Origin: an uncultured Novosphingobium sp.
GTDB lineage: Bacteria; Pseudomonadota; Alphaproteobacteria; Sphingomonadales; Sphingomonadaceae
NCBI GenBank assembly: GCA_964413885.1
Contig: CAYPTU010000001.1
Location: 267,005-331,004 of the forward strand
DNA length: 64,000 nt
Reading direction: 5' to 3'
The number at the start of each line of letters is the position of its first letter. The first letter of the stretch is position 1. Shown here in pieces: positions 1-11,012 of this stretch. The notes beneath the pieces were generated by a model that was given only the letters and a program-made list of their open reading frames with translations, made no database searches and was not told where the DNA came from. The translations under genes and the position numbers were made by a program.

Positions 1-1386
1 GGTGAAGCAGGCATCGCAATGCTGCGGGCAGGCGGCGTTGCGGCTCTTTTCACCCACGGCGCGATAGAGCCCGTCGATCGAAACGAAGGCCAGGCTATCG
101 GCAACGATGAACTTGGTCATTTCCGCCAGGTTCATCCGCGCAGCGAGCAGCTTGTTCCGCTCGGGCGTGTCGACGCCGTAGAAGCACGAATTGTTGGTCG
201 GCGGGCTGGCAACCCGGAAGTGCACTTCCTTGGCCCCGGCATCGCGCATCATCTGCACGATCTTCATCGAGGTGGTGCCGCGCACGATCGAATCGTCGAT
301 CAGCACGATCCGCTTGCCTTCCACCAGCGCGCGGTTGGCGTTGTGCTTGCGCTTCACATCGGCATGGCGCGCGCCGTCCGACGGCTGGATAAATGTGCGG
401 CCGACATAGTGCGAACGGATGATGCCCAGGCCAAAGGGAATGCCGCTTTCCTGCGCATAGCCGATAGCCGCCGGGACGCCGCTATCCGGCACTGGCACGA
501 CCAGGTCCGCCTCAACCGGGGCTTCGCGTGCCAGCTCGATCCCGATTTTGCGGCGTACTTCGTAAACCGACTGGCCGCCCGAAACCGAATCCGGCCGGCT
601 GAAATAGACGTGTTCGAAGATGCAAGGGCGGGGCGGGTGGTTGCCGAACGGGCGGTGCGACGACGTGCGGCCGTCCTGGCGCACTTCGACGATCTCGCCG
701 GGCTCGATCTCGCGCACGAACTGTGCACCGACCACATCAAGCGCGACCGTTTCGCTGGCGAAGACCGTAGCATCGCCGATTTTGCCCATCACCAGCGGAC
801 GGATGCCCAGCGGATCGCGGCAGGCGATCATCCGCTTCGGCGTCTGGCAGATGAGCGAATAGGCGCCTTCGACCATCCGCAGCGCATCGACAAAGCGATC
901 GAGCAGGGTGGGGTAGCGGCTGGTCGCGATCAGGTGGATGATCACTTCGGTGTCAGAGGTCGACTGGAAGATCGCCCCCTTGTCGACCAGCTCCTGCTTG
1001 AGCCGCATCGCGTTCGAGATATTGCCGTTGTGCGCGATCGAAAAGCCGCCGCGCGCCAGGTCGGCGTGGAGCGGCTGGACATTGCGCAGGCCCTGTCCGC
1101 CGGTGGTGGAATAGCGCACATGGCCCGAAGCCATATGACCCGGCAGTTCGTTGATGATCGTCTGGTCGGCAAAGACCTGGGCAACATGGCCAAGACCGCG
1201 CCGGGCGAAGAATTCCTTGCCGTCCCAGCTGACGATACCGCAGGCTTCCTGCCCGCGGTGTTGCAGGGCGTGCAGGCCCAAAGCCGTGATCGCCGCAGCC
1301 TCGGGGCTGCCGATCACGCCGAAGATGCCGCATTCCTCGCGCAGCTTGTCGCCGTCTACGTCCAGGAACGGGTGAGTAATGTTCAT
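1..1386 (-). CDS. purF: Amidophosphoribosyltransferase (3' end runs off the window)
   Basis: Manual minus-strand translation from ATG at 1386 gives MNITHPFLDVDGDKLREECGIFGVIG (propeptide plus N-terminal nucleophile CGIFG). Further in-frame motifs GHVRYST, AHNGN and PVPDSG. Not in the ORF track because it is open at the window edge. Confidence 0.95.
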   Translation of the reverse strand, partial: MNITHPFLDVDGDKLREECGIFGVIGSPEAAAITALGLHALQHRGQEACGIVSWDGKEFFARRGLGHVAQVFADQTIINELPGHMASGHVRYSTTGGQGLRNVQPLHADLARGGFSIAHNGNISNAMRLKQELVDKGAIFQSTSDTEVIIHLIATSRYPTLLDRFVDALRMVEGAYSLICQTPKRMIACRDPLGIRPLVMGKIGDATVFASETVALDVVGAQFVREIEPGEIVEVRQDGRTSSHRPFGNHPPRPCIFEHVYFSRPDSVSGGQSVYEVRRKIGIELAREAPVEADLVVPVPDSGVPAAIGYAQESGIPFGLGIIRSHYVGRTFIQPSDGARHADVKRKHNANRALVEGKRIVLIDDSIVRGTTSMKIVQMMRDAGAKEVHFRVASPPTNNSCFYGVDTPERNKLLAARMNLAEMTKFIVADSLAFVSIDGLYRAVGEKSRNAACPQHCDACFT

Positions 1387-1558
1387 GATGGAATCGCCTG
1401 CCAGGTGCGCTCGCGCTTCGCCAGCGCCTTTGGCCGCTCTCGCGCGTCAAGGCAAGCATGGGTTCGTATCCGTCCCCAGAGGCGGTCCAAAGGCGGGGTT
1501 GTTTGCCAGGCTGCCGAGGCCCAATTCGCCAGCTACGGGGTCAGGAAGGATCGCAGCG

Positions 1559-2170
1559 ATGAATTACATGACCAGCCATCTCGATCATGACGAGGGTGAC
1601 ACCAAGCTCTTCGTGCCGGACGAGGTTCAGGACGCGCTGCGCACCCTGCTTCGCTGGGTGGGTGAGGATCCGGCCCGTGAAGGCCTGCTTGATACCCCCG
1701 CCCGCGTCGCCCGCGCCTGGCGCGAATACTGCCAGGGGAACGAGGAAGACCCCGCGCTGCACCTCTCGCGCACGTTCGAGGAAGTGGGCGGCTATGATGA
1801 GGTCGTGCTGCTGAAGGACATCCCGTTCCAGTCGCACTGCGAACACCACATGGCCCCGATCACCGGCAAGGCCTCGATCGCTTACCTGCCGAACAGCCGC
1901 GTGGTGGGCATTTCCAAGCTGGCCCGTGTGCTCCACGGCTTTGCCCGCCGTCTGCAGATCCAGGAACGGCTGACCGCCGAAGTGGCCGAATGCATCTGGC
2001 ACCACCTCCAGCCGCAGGGCGTGGCCGTGGTGATCGAGGCGCAGCACGGCTGCATGACCGGGCGCGGCGTGCGCACGCCGGGCGTTGGCATGGTCACCAG
2101 CCGCATGCTCGGCTGCTTCCTGGATGACGAGCGCAGCCGCAAGGAAGTGCTCAGCCTGATGGGCTATTGA
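1559..2170 (+). CDS. folE: GTP cyclohydrolase I
   Basis: Motifs SHCEHH, GISKLAR, RRLQIQERLT and HGCMTGRG. Start at 1559 or 1568. Confidence 0.95.
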   Translation: MNYMTSHLDHDEGDTKLFVPDEVQDALRTLLRWVGEDPAREGLLDTPARVARAWREYCQGNEEDPALHLSRTFEEVGGYDEVVLLKDIPFQSHCEHHMAPITGKASIAYLPNSRVVGISKLARVLHGFARRLQIQERLTAEVAECIWHHLQPQGVAVVIEAQHGCMTGRGVRTPGVGMVTSRMLGCFLDDERSRKEVLSLMGY

Positions 2171-2877
2171 GCCAGGCGGTCATCTTCGGGGCGAGCGGCG
2201 GGATTGGCGCGGCCTTGGCCAGCGCCGTGGCCGCCAGCGGGCGCTACACGCAGGTCTGGGCCGGATCGCGCGGCGGAACGGCTGCACCGGACGGCACGAC
2301 ACCCTTCGCCTTTGACCTGACCGACGAAGCCAGCATCGCTGCCGCCGCCAGCCGGATCGGGGCGGATGTGGCGCTGGCGATTGTTGCCACTGGCGTGCTC
2401 TCTGACGGCCCCGGCTTTCAGCCTGAAAAGAGCTTCAAGGCACAGGATCCGGCGGCCTATGCCCGCGCCTTTGCGATCAATGCCACCGGCCCGGCGCTGA
2501 TCGGCAAGCACTTCCTGCCGCTGCTGCCCCGGCGCGAGCGGGCAGTCTTCGCCGCGCTCTCAGCCCGGGTCGGTTCGATCAGCGACAACCGCCTTGGCGG
2601 CTGGCACGCCTACCGCGCCAGCAAGGCCGCGCTCAACATGATCCTGCGCAACTTCGCGATCGAACTGGCGCGGACGCATCCGCAGGCCGTGGTCGCCGCG
2701 CTGCATCCGGGGACCGTCGCCACAGAGCTTTCCGCGCCGTTCACCGGCAAAGGCGAGGGGCAGCGCCTGTTCACGCCGGAGGCGGCGGCAGGGTATTTGC
2801 TCGGCGTAGTCGATGATCTGACCCCGTCCGAAAGCGGACAGGCATTTGCTTGGGATGGTCAGCCTATCCCATTCTGA
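2167..2877 (+). CDS. Short-chain dehydrogenase (C-factor/CsgA-like SDR)
   Basis: GASGGIG Rossmann motif, SARVGSISDNRLGGW, YRASKAA (YxxxK) and HPGTVAT. Confidence 0.88.
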   Translation: MSQAVIFGASGGIGAALASAVAASGRYTQVWAGSRGGTAAPDGTTPFAFDLTDEASIAAAASRIGADVALAIVATGVLSDGPGFQPEKSFKAQDPAAYARAFAINATGPALIGKHFLPLLPRRERAVFAALSARVGSISDNRLGGWHAYRASKAALNMILRNFAIELARTHPQAVVAALHPGTVATELSAPFTGKGEGQRLFTPEAAAGYLLGVVDDLTPSESGQAFAWDGQPIPF

Positions 2878-2945
2878 ACGCTTGCTCTGATCGCTGCCGC
2901 CCCCTAAGTCGGGCCTGTCCGCATTTCCTCCAGCCGAGGCGATCC

Positions 2946-4187
2946 TTGCTGCTTTCTCCGTTCGAAAAGGTGCTGGTTAAGCGCTACCTCCTGCCGGGGC
3001 GCAGCGAGGCGTTTATTGCCTTGGTGGCCGGGATCAGCCTGGTTGCCGTCGCCCTGGGCGTGGCCGCGCTGGTCATCGTGATGAGCGTGATGAACGGCTT
3101 CCGGGCCGAACTGTTTGACAAGATCGTGGGGCTGAACGGCCACGCCATCGTCCAGGCCTATGGCGGCCGGATCGAAAACTGGCAGTCCGTGTTGCAGGAC
3201 GTGAGGCAGACGCCGGGCGTCACCCGCGCCTCGCCGCTGATTGAGCAGCCGCAGATGGGCAGTTTCAATGGCCGGGTCGATCTGGTCTTTGCCCGCGGCA
3301 ATACGGCTGAGGATATCCAGCGGCTGAAGCCCAAGCTGGTGTCGGGTTCGCTCGATCCGCTGAAGCCCGGTGCGGGCGAGGTGGCGATCGGGTCGCAGCT
3401 GGCCTCCAACCTGGGCATCCGGGTGGGTGATACGTTGACGATCATCAACCCGCAGGGCCGCTCCACCCCATTCGGCACGGTCCCGCGCGAGATCGCTTAC
3501 CGCGTCGCCGCGATCTTCGAGATCGGGGTGTTCGATTTTGACGAGCGCTTTGTCGTCATGCCGATCGAGGATGCGCAGACGCTGCTGCTCGCCGGGGATT
3601 CGATCGGGATGATCGAGGTCCAGGTCACCGATCCCGATTCCGTGACCGAAATCCTCAAGCCCGTCTCCCAGCGCCTTGCCGGACAGGCGGTGGTGACCGA
3701 TTGGCGCACGATGAACGCCAGCCTGTTCGAAGCCCTCGCGGTGGAGCGCGTCGCGATGTTCGTGGTGCTTTCGATCATCGTGCTGGTGGCCGTGTTCAAT
3801 ATCCTCTCCTCGCTGATCATGCTGGTCCGCGCCAAGACGCGTGACATCGCGATCCTGCGCACCATGGGGGCAGGGCGGAAGAGCCTGCTCAAGGTCTTCG
3901 TCACGGTTGGCTTCGTGGTGGGCGCGCTGGGCACGGTCGCGGGGCTGATCCTGGGCGCCGCCTTCCTGTTCTTCCGCCAGCCGATCGTCCGTCTGATCGA
4001 GGTGCTGACTGGCCAGAACCTGTGGGATCCGAAAATCCGCTTCCTGACCGAGCTGCCCGCCCGCGCCGATCCGGTGGAGATCACCCTGATCGTGATCATG
4101 GCGCTGGTGTTCAGCTTCCTCGCCACGCTCTACCCGGCCTTCAAGGCGGCGAGCACCGATCCTGTGCAGGTGCTGCGCTATGAGTGA
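2946..4187 (+). CDS. lolE: Lipoprotein-releasing ABC transporter permease (LolC/E)
   Basis: [36 protein letters not shown] and YPAFKAA...DPVQVLRYE. Coupled to lolD. TTG start chosen by eye. Confidence 0.92.
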   Translation: MLLSPFEKVLVKRYLLPGRSEAFIALVAGISLVAVALGVAALVIVMSVMNGFRAELFDKIVGLNGHAIVQAYGGRIENWQSVLQDVRQTPGVTRASPLIEQPQMGSFNGRVDLVFARGNTAEDIQRLKPKLVSGSLDPLKPGAGEVAIGSQLASNLGIRVGDTLTIINPQGRSTPFGTVPREIAYRVAAIFEIGVFDFDERFVVMPIEDAQTLLLAGDSIGMIEVQVTDPDSVTEILKPVSQRLAGQAVVTDWRTMNASLFEALAVERVAMFVVLSIIVLVAVFNILSSLIMLVRAKTRDIAILRTMGAGRKSLLKVFVTVGFVVGALGTVAGLILGAAFLFFRQPIVRLIEVLTGQNLWDPKIRFLTELPARADPVEITLIVIMALVFSFLATLYPAFKAASTDPVQVLRYE

Positions 4188-4854
4188 ACCTGTTGTCCAG
4201 ACCACGAGCCTGACCCGCAGCTTTGAGCAGGGCGGGGTGCGGATCGATGTGCTGCGCGGGATCGATCTGGCGATCCAGCCGGGCGAGATCGTGGCTCTGC
4301 TGGGGCCCTCCGGCTCGGGCAAGTCCACTCTGCTGCAGGCGGTTGGCTTGCTGGAGGGCGGCTTTGGCGGTTCGCTGCGGATTACCGGGGTAGAGGCAAC
4401 CGCACTGTCCGCTGATGAGCGGACTGACCTTCGGCGGGACCGGGTCGGGTTCGTCTATCAGTTCCATCATCTGCTGCCCGATTTCAATGCGCAGGAAAAC
4501 GTTGTCCTGCCGCAGCTGGTGGCCGGCACGAGTGAGGCGGAGGCAGCTGCCCGCGCGGTCGAGCTGCTGACCGCACTCGGCCTTGGCGCGCGGCTTGATC
4601 ACCGGCCCAGCCAGCTCTCCGGCGGCGAACAACAGCGCGTGGCCGTGGCCCGCGCGCTGGCCAACCGTCCGGCGTTGGTCCTGGCGGACGAGCCGACCGG
4701 CAACCTTGATGAGGCGACCTCTGACCGGGTGTTCGAGGAATTCCTCGAACTGGTCCGCGGCCAGAACAGCGCCGCCTTGGTCGCCACGCACAACGAACGG
4801 CTGGCCGCGCGGATGGACCGCGTGCTGCGGCTGCACGACGGGCGGGTCGACTAG
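4180..4854 (+). CDS. lolD: Lipoprotein-releasing ABC transporter ATP-binding protein
   Basis: [39 protein letters not shown] and VATHN. Confidence 0.93.
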   Translation: MSEPVVQTTSLTRSFEQGGVRIDVLRGIDLAIQPGEIVALLGPSGSGKSTLLQAVGLLEGGFGGSLRITGVEATALSADERTDLRRDRVGFVYQFHHLLPDFNAQENVVLPQLVAGTSEAEAAARAVELLTALGLGARLDHRPSQLSGGEQQRVAVARALANRPALVLADEPTGNLDEATSDRVFEEFLELVRGQNSAALVATHNERLAARMDRVLRLHDGRVD

Positions 4855-4926
4855 GCCTTTCGGCTGGTTGACGGCGCGTCAGCATCGCCTAGTCTCCCGG
4901 GCAATCAGACCGGGGAGTCCAGACCT

Positions 4927-5406
4927 ATGAAAACCATTGCCGATTTTACGGCCAAGCTGCCCGGCGGCGGCGAGCTCAATCTCGCTGACAAGGCCGGCAA
5001 GGTGCTGCTGGTGGTCAACACCGCCAGCAAGTGCGGCTTCACCCCGCAGTACGAAGGGCTGGAAGCGCTCTACAAGAAATACGCCGATGACGGATTTGAG
5101 GTGATTGCCTTCCCCTGCAACCAGTTCGGCGCGCAGGAACCCGGCAATGCCGAGGAAATCGCCAACTTCTGCAGCTTGAAGTATGATGTGACCTTCCCGC
5201 TGATGGCCAAGATTGACGTCAATGGTGACAATGCCGACCCGCTTTATGACTGGCTCAAGAGCGAGGCGCCGGGCCTGATGGGCACCAAGTCGATCAAGTG
5301 GAACTTCACCAAGTTCCTGATCGACCGCGATGGCAAGGTGGTGCGCCGCTATGCGCCGACCGATAAGCCCGGTGCGCTGGAAAAGGACATCAAGGCGCTG
5401 CTTTGA
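4927..5406 (+). CDS. Glutathione peroxidase family protein
   Basis: VNTASKCGFTPQYEGL, AFPCNQFGAQEPG and WNFTKFL. Confidence 0.95.
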   Translation: MKTIADFTAKLPGGGELNLADKAGKVLLVVNTASKCGFTPQYEGLEALYKKYADDGFEVIAFPCNQFGAQEPGNAEEIANFCSLKYDVTFPLMAKIDVNGDNADPLYDWLKSEAPGLMGTKSIKWNFTKFLIDRDGKVVRRYAPTDKPGALEKDIKALL

Positions 5407-5416
5407 TCCCGCTCGC

Positions 5417-5462
5417 GGAAAAGGGTTCGCCATTCTGGGTAAAGGCTGCCGAACCCTCTTCC
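5417..5462. terminator. Inverted repeat between the gpx gene and dnaE (possible terminator/processing hairpin)
   Basis: GGAAAAGGGTTCG ... CGAACCCTCTTCC arms. No clear U-tract. Confidence 0.4.
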
Positions 5463-5493
5463 GAATCAGCCCGGCAGGCCGCATCTAGCCAAG

Positions 5494-8400
5494 ATGGCCT
5501 TTGAACGTTTCGTCCCGCTGCGCGTCTTTTCGAGCTTCACCATGCTCGACGGGACGATCGATCCCAAGGCGGCGGCCAAACTGGCCAAGGACCGGGCTTT
5601 TCCGGCCATTGCAATCACCGATCGTAACGGGCTCTACGGCGCGATGCTGTTCGCCGGGGCTTGCAAGGATGCCGGCATCCAGCCGCTGATCGGCACTTTC
5701 CTGGCCGTTGCCCGCGATGGCACGCCGGCAGGCAAGGATCCGGTGATCGATTGGCTCGGCCTGATCGCCCAGAACGAGACCGGCTGGAACAACCTGTGCC
5801 GGCTGGTCAGCCAGGCGCACCTGGGCCGGCCGATCGAATTTGAACCCCATGTCACCATGGCCGATCTGGAAGGCCACACCGATGGCCTGATCGCCCTGAC
5901 CGGTGCGGGTGAGGGCGCGCTGGTCCGCCTGCTGGCCGCGGGCAAGGGGGAGGCCGCGGTCGAGCTCTGCGCGCGGCTGGAGGGCCTGTTCCCCGGGCGG
6001 CTCTATCTGGAAGTGGCCCGCCGCAATGATCCGACCGAGGAAGCGGCCGAGGATGCGCTGATCGACCTGGCCTATGCTCGGAACCTGCCGCTGGTCGCCA
6101 CCAACCCGGCCAACTTTGCCGATCCGGGCGGCCATGCCGCGCACGATGCCATGCTCTGCATCGCCAATTCGACCCATGTCGATGCGCCAGAGCGTCCGCG
6201 CAGTCCGCGTGAGTCCTGGATCAAGTCCGGGCCGATGATGCGCGAACTGTTCGCCGACCTGCCCGAGGCGCTGGCGAACACCCTGGTCATTGCCCAGCGC
6301 TGTGCCTTCTCCCCGCCCAAGCGCAAGCCGCTGTTACCCAGCCTGGCGGGGGACAAGGAAGGCGAAGCGCGGATGCTGGTCGACCATGCCCGCGCCGGGC
6401 TGGAAAAGAGGCTCGCGCCTTACGGTGAGCTGGGCGCGGAAGAGCGGCAGACCTATTTCGACCGGCTCGACTTCGAAACCGACGTGATCAACCGGATGGG
6501 TTTTGCCGGGTACTTCCTGATCGTGGCCGACTTCATCCAGTGGGCTAAGGCCAACGATATTCCGGTCGGGCCGGGCCGCGGTTCGGGCGCGGGTTCGGTG
6601 GTCGCCTGGGCTCTAACCATTACCGATCTTGATCCGCTGCGGCTGGGGCTGCTGTTCGAACGCTTCCTCAATCCGGAACGCGTCTCGATGCCGGACTTCG
6701 ATATCGACTTCTGCGAAACCCGCCGCGGCGAGGTGATCCGCTATGTCCAAGCGAAGTATGGGGCCGATCACGTTGCCCAGATCATCACCTTTGGTAAGCT
6801 GAAGGCCCGCGCCGTGCTGCGCGACTGCGGCCGCATCCTGCAGATGAGCTATGGCCAGGTGGACCGGCTCTGCAAGATGGTGCCCAACCACCCGACCGAC
6901 CCGTGGAGCCTGCCGCGCGCGCTCAATGGCGTGGCCGAGCTGAAGCGCGAATACGATAACGATCCCGAGGTGAAGCGGCTGATCGATCTGGCGGTCCAGC
7001 TGGAAGGCCAGCCGCGCAACAGCTCTACCCACGCGGCGGGCGTGGTCATCGGCGATCGTCCGCTCGACCAGTTGGTGCCGCTTTACCGCGATCCGCGTTC
7101 GGACATGCCGGTGACCCAGTTCGACATGAAGTATGTCGAGGATACCGGCCTCATCAAGTTCGACTTCCTTGGCCTCAAGACGCTCTCGGTCCTCAAGAAG
7201 GCGGTGGAACTGCTCAAGAAGCGCGAGATCACGATCGATCTCGAAGGCCTGCCGTGGGACGATGCCGAGGTTTACGAGCTGCTCCAGCGTGGTGACACGG
7301 TCGGCGTGTTCCAGCTGGAATCCGAAGGGATGCGCCGCACGCTGGCGGCGGTGAAGCCAACCAACTTTGGCGACATCATCGCGCTCGTTTCGCTCTACCG
7401 GCCGGGTCCGATGGACAACATCCCGCTGTTCGGCCGCCGCAAGAATGGCAGCGAAAGCATCGAATATCCGCACCCCAAGCTGGAAGGCATCCTGTCCGAG
7501 ACTTACGGGATCTTCGTCTATCAGGAACAGGTCATGCAGGCCGCGCAGATCCTGGCGGGCTATTCGCTGGGCGATGCAGACTTGCTGCGCCGCGCGATGG
7601 GCAAGAAGGTCCAGGCGGAAATGGACGCCCAGCGATCCCGCTTCGTTTCGGGCTGCAAGGAGCATTCGGCGATTGAGCCGGCCAAGGCCAACGAACTGTT
7701 CGACTTGATCGACAAGTTCGCCGGCTATGGCTTCAACAAGAGCCACGCCGCGGCCTATGCCCTGCTGGCCTACCAGACCGCCTGGCTGAAGACGCATTAC
7801 CCGCACGAATTCTACGCCGCTTCGATGTGCTTCGATATGCATCAGTCGGAAAAGCTGGCGGTCTTCGTGGATGACATGCGCCGCAACGGCGTGGCGCTGG
7901 CCGGGCCCGACATCAACCATTCCGAAGCCGAGTTCACGGTGGAGCGGACCGATGAAGGCCATGCCGTGCGCTATGCCCTGGCGGGGATCCGCAATGTGGG
8001 CGAAAAGGCGATGGATGCGATCGTGGCCGAGCGCGAGGCCAATGGCCGCTTTGCCACCCTGGAAGAGCTGTTCCGCCGCGTGCCGCCGGGATCGATGAAC
8101 CGCCGCCAGCTGGAAGGCCTGGCCGGGGCCGGGGCCTTCGATGCGCTTGAGCCGAACCGCGCCAAGGTGCTGGCCAACGCCGACATGCTGCTGGCCGTGG
8201 CCGATGAGGCCGAGCGGACCCGCTCCAGCGGGCAGGCTGGGCTGTTCGGCGGCGAGGATCATGCCGCGCCGTCGCTGCGCCTGACGGAAACGCCAGCCTG
8301 GCCCCGCGCCGAGCAGATGGCGAAAGAGCGCGAGAACTTCGGCTTTTATTTTGCGGCGCACCCGGTGGAGCAATGGCGCGCTGTCGCCACGGCCAATGGT

Positions 8401-8979
8401 GCCCGCACCTACGCCGCCTTGATGGAAACCGGGGTGCCCGGCGGCGGGCGGATGCAGGCGATGATGGCGGCCATGGTCGAAAGCGTCAGCAAGGGCCGCA
8501 CCCGCCGCGGCGGGGAATTTGTGCGCGCCGATTTCTCAGACAGTTCGGGCCAGTTCAGCGCCGCCTGTTTCGAGGAATCGCTGGTCGAGCCGATGCAGGG
8601 CTGGGCCAAGGATGGCACCTGCCTGCTGCTGACGGTCGAACTCGATGCCCCCAGCCCGGATGAGCCGCCGCGCGTTACCGTGCGCGGCGCGCGGCCGCTG
8701 GAAGAGGTCAAGGGTTCGGCCCAGATGCAGCTGCAACTGGATGTGCTGGTGCCCGGGGCCATGCAGGACCTCGCCACCCTGCTCGGCCCGGATGGCGCGG
8801 GGACGGGTGAAGTGCTGGTGCGGCTGCGCACCGGCATGGGTCAGGAACCGCTGTTGCGACTGGGCCGCCAGTTCCATCTCGACAGCGAAGTCGCCGAACG
8901 CTTGGCAAGTGTCGAAGGTCTTGCCAATGTGGCTTTAACCGCGCGGCGCAGTGCGGGGCATCTTCGCCTCGTCGCGTAA
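5494..8979 (+). CDS. dnaE: DNA polymerase III alpha subunit
   Basis: PHP domain (AITDRNGLYG), GRGSGAGS, ERVSMPDFDIDF, KFAGYGFNKSH and a C-terminal OB fold; 1161 aa. Confidence 0.97.
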   Translation: MAFERFVPLRVFSSFTMLDGTIDPKAAAKLAKDRAFPAIAITDRNGLYGAMLFAGACKDAGIQPLIGTFLAVARDGTPAGKDPVIDWLGLIAQNETGWNNLCRLVSQAHLGRPIEFEPHVTMADLEGHTDGLIALTGAGEGALVRLLAAGKGEAAVELCARLEGLFPGRLYLEVARRNDPTEEAAEDALIDLAYARNLPLVATNPANFADPGGHAAHDAMLCIANSTHVDAPERPRSPRESWIKSGPMMRELFADLPEALANTLVIAQRCAFSPPKRKPLLPSLAGDKEGEARMLVDHARAGLEKRLAPYGELGAEERQTYFDRLDFETDVINRMGFAGYFLIVADFIQWAKANDIPVGPGRGSGAGSVVAWALTITDLDPLRLGLLFERFLNPERVSMPDFDIDFCETRRGEVIRYVQAKYGADHVAQIITFGKLKARAVLRDCGRILQMSYGQVDRLCKMVPNHPTDPWSLPRALNGVAELKREYDNDPEVKRLIDLAVQLEGQPRNSSTHAAGVVIGDRPLDQLVPLYRDPRSDMPVTQFDMKYVEDTGLIKFDFLGLKTLSVLKKAVELLKKREITIDLEGLPWDDAEVYELLQRGDTVGVFQLESEGMRRTLAAVKPTNFGDIIALVSLYRPGPMDNIPLFGRRKNGSESIEYPHPKLEGILSETYGIFVYQEQVMQAAQILAGYSLGDADLLRRAMGKKVQAEMDAQRSRFVSGCKEHSAIEPAKANELFDLIDKFAGYGFNKSHAAAYALLAYQTAWLKTHYPHEFYAASMCFDMHQSEKLAVFVDDMRRNGVALAGPDINHSEAEFTVERTDEGHAVRYALAGIRNVGEKAMDAIVAEREANGRFATLEELFRRVPPGSMNRRQLEGLAGAGAFDALEPNRAKVLANADMLLAVADEAERTRSSGQAGLFGGEDHAAPSLRLTETPAWPRAEQMAKERENFGFYFAAHPVEQWRAVATANGARTYAALMETGVPGGGRMQAMMAAMVESVSKGRTRRGGEFVRADFSDSSGQFSAACFEESLVEPMQGWAKDGTCLLLTVELDAPSPDEPPRVTVRGARPLEEVKGSAQMQLQLDVLVPGAMQDLATLLGPDGAGTGEVLVRLRTGMGQEPLLRLGRQFHLDSEVAERLASVEGLANVALTARRSAGHLRLVA

Positions 8980-9012
8980 AACAACAATCGGGTGGGGGAT
9001 TTGGAGAGCCTG

Positions 9013-10602
9013 ATGCTGGGAGCAATGCAAGACTTTGACCTGCGGGTCACCCACCTGATCGACCACGCCGCGCGCGAGCATGGCAATCGCGAAATCGTCA
9101 CCCGCTGGGCCGACGGCAGCGAAACCCGCACCACCTGGGGCGGGATCCGCCTCGATGCGCTGCGGATGACCCAGGCCCTGCGCAAGCTGGGCGTGCAGCA
9201 GGGGGACCGGATCGCCACCCTGGCGATGAACCACAGCCGCCACCTCGTCTCGTGGTATGGCGCGGTTGGCGTCGGCGGGGTGCTCCACACGATCAACCCG
9301 CGCCTGTTTGACGATCAGCTGGAATACATCGCCAACCACGCCGAAGACGTGGTGCTGCTCTATGATGCGGCCTTCGCCCCGATCATCGAGCGGATGAAGC
9401 CCAAGTGGACCACGATCAAGCACTTCATCTGCTTTGATAATGGTGAGTTTGAGGCCTGGATTGGCGCAGAAGATGGCCAGACCAGCTGGGCCACCGGTGA
9501 CGAGCGCGATCCCTGCATGCTCTGCTACACCAGCGGCACGACCGGCAACCCCAAGGGCGTGCTTTATGAGCACCGTTCGACCATGCTTCACGCCATCACC
9601 GGCCTACAGCCCTCGATCTTCGATTTTGACACGCGCTCGGTCATGCTGCCGGTGGTGCCGATGTTCCATGCCGCCAGCTGGGGCCTGCCCTGGGCCGGGG
9701 CGGCGGCGGGGATCAAGTTCGTCTTTTCGGCGGTCAACGATGCCGCCGTGCTGTGCGAACTGATGAACCGCGAGAAGGTGACCCATTCCGCCGGGGTGCC
9801 GACTGTCTGGCTGGCCACCTTCCAGCACATGGATGCCACCGGCACCGAACTGCCGACGCTGCGTCAGGCCATCATCGGCGGCTCGGCCGCGCCGCGCTTC
9901 ATGATCGAGCGGCTGATGAAGGCCGGGGTCAATGTCGCCCACGCCTGGGGCATGACCGAAACCAGCCCGATCGGCACGACCGGCGCCCAGACCTGGGACT
10001 GGGACACGCTTTCCTTCGAAGAACAGGTTTCGATCAAGCAAATGCAGGGCCGGGTGCCGTTCGGGGTTGAACTGCGCACCGTCGATCTGGGCGATCCCAC
10101 CAAGGTCCTGCCGCGCGATGGCCAGACCAGTGGCGCGCTGCAGGTGCGGGGCCCCTGGATCATCAAGCGCTATTTCAAGGCGGAAGCCGATGCGACCGAT
10201 GCCGAACAGTGGTTCGATACCGGCGACGTAGCGATCCTCCACCCCGATGGCACGCTCCAGCTGACTGACCGGACGAAGGACGTGATCAAGTCCGGCGGGG
10301 AGTGGATCAGCTCGGTCGAGCTGGAAAACGCCGCCGTTGGCGTCCCCGGCGTGGCCGAAGCTGCGGCGATCGGCATCTATCACCCGCGCTGGGATGAGCG
10401 TCCGATCCTGGTCGTGGTCAAGAAGGCCGGCATGGACGTGACCAAGGAAGCGATCATGGCGCACCTGGCGGAAAAGGTTGCCAAATGGTGGCTGCCTGAT
10501 GCGATCGAATTCGTCGATGCGATCCCGCACGGAGCCACCGGCAAGATCAGCAAGAAGGACCTGCGCGACCAGTTCCGCGAATATAAGCTGGCGGAGGCCT
10601 GA
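9013..10602 (+). CDS. Long-chain fatty acid-CoA ligase (AMP-binding)
   Basis: [40 protein letters not shown] and GKISK. Confidence 0.92.
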   Translation: MLGAMQDFDLRVTHLIDHAAREHGNREIVTRWADGSETRTTWGGIRLDALRMTQALRKLGVQQGDRIATLAMNHSRHLVSWYGAVGVGGVLHTINPRLFDDQLEYIANHAEDVVLLYDAAFAPIIERMKPKWTTIKHFICFDNGEFEAWIGAEDGQTSWATGDERDPCMLCYTSGTTGNPKGVLYEHRSTMLHAITGLQPSIFDFDTRSVMLPVVPMFHAASWGLPWAGAAAGIKFVFSAVNDAAVLCELMNREKVTHSAGVPTVWLATFQHMDATGTELPTLRQAIIGGSAAPRFMIERLMKAGVNVAHAWGMTETSPIGTTGAQTWDWDTLSFEEQVSIKQMQGRVPFGVELRTVDLGDPTKVLPRDGQTSGALQVRGPWIIKRYFKAEADATDAEQWFDTGDVAILHPDGTLQLTDRTKDVIKSGGEWISSVELENAAVGVPGVAEAAAIGIYHPRWDERPILVVVKKAGMDVTKEAIMAHLAEKVAKWWLPDAIEFVDAIPHGATGKISKKDLRDQFREYKLAEA

Positions 10603-10604
10603 CC

Positions 10605-11012
10605 ATGACGGGCCATGTGGATCCGAGCCGGGAGAACTGGCAGGCCTTCAAGGATCTGCCGCGTGACCGGCCGATCCACATGCTCAACCTGATCAAGTTC
10701 CGAGACCATGCGGAATACCCGGAAGGCCATCCCAACCACGGGAAGGGCCTGACGGGCCGCGAGGCTTACGAAATCTACAAGGAAGGCTTCCAGCGCGTCG
10801 TCGCCAATGATGGCGCGGCGATGGTCTGGGAATCGCCGATCGAATGTGTGGTGACGGGCCCGGCGGACGAGTGGGACGAAGCCTTCGTGATGGGCTATCC
10901 CAACAGCGCGCTGTTCATGGCCATGGTCAAGAATGAAGAATATGTCCGCGATATCGTGCCGCACCGCACGGCCGCCGTGGCGGACAGCCGCCTGATCCGG
11001 TTCCGGGGTTAA
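10605..11012 (+). CDS. DUF1330-like small protein
   Basis: MLNLIKFR...TGREAY..Y, WD..F...YP and HRTAAVADSRLI pattern. Confidence 0.75.
   Translation: MTGHVDPSRENWQAFKDLPRDRPIHMLNLIKFRDHAEYPEGHPNHGKGLTGREAYEIYKEGFQRVVANDGAAMVWESPIECVVTGPADEWDEAFVMGYPNSALFMAMVKNEEYVRDIVPHRTAAVADSRLIRFRG

Noticed and set aside
19-1590. Long ORFs antisense to real genes (e.g. 19-1590, 2904-4328, 6613-8373, 15239-16834, 41679-44246, 46894-48168)
   Set aside because: Shadow ORFs caused by high GC3 on the opposite strand. They lack protein motifs, and the opposite strand encodes recognisable housekeeping proteins.
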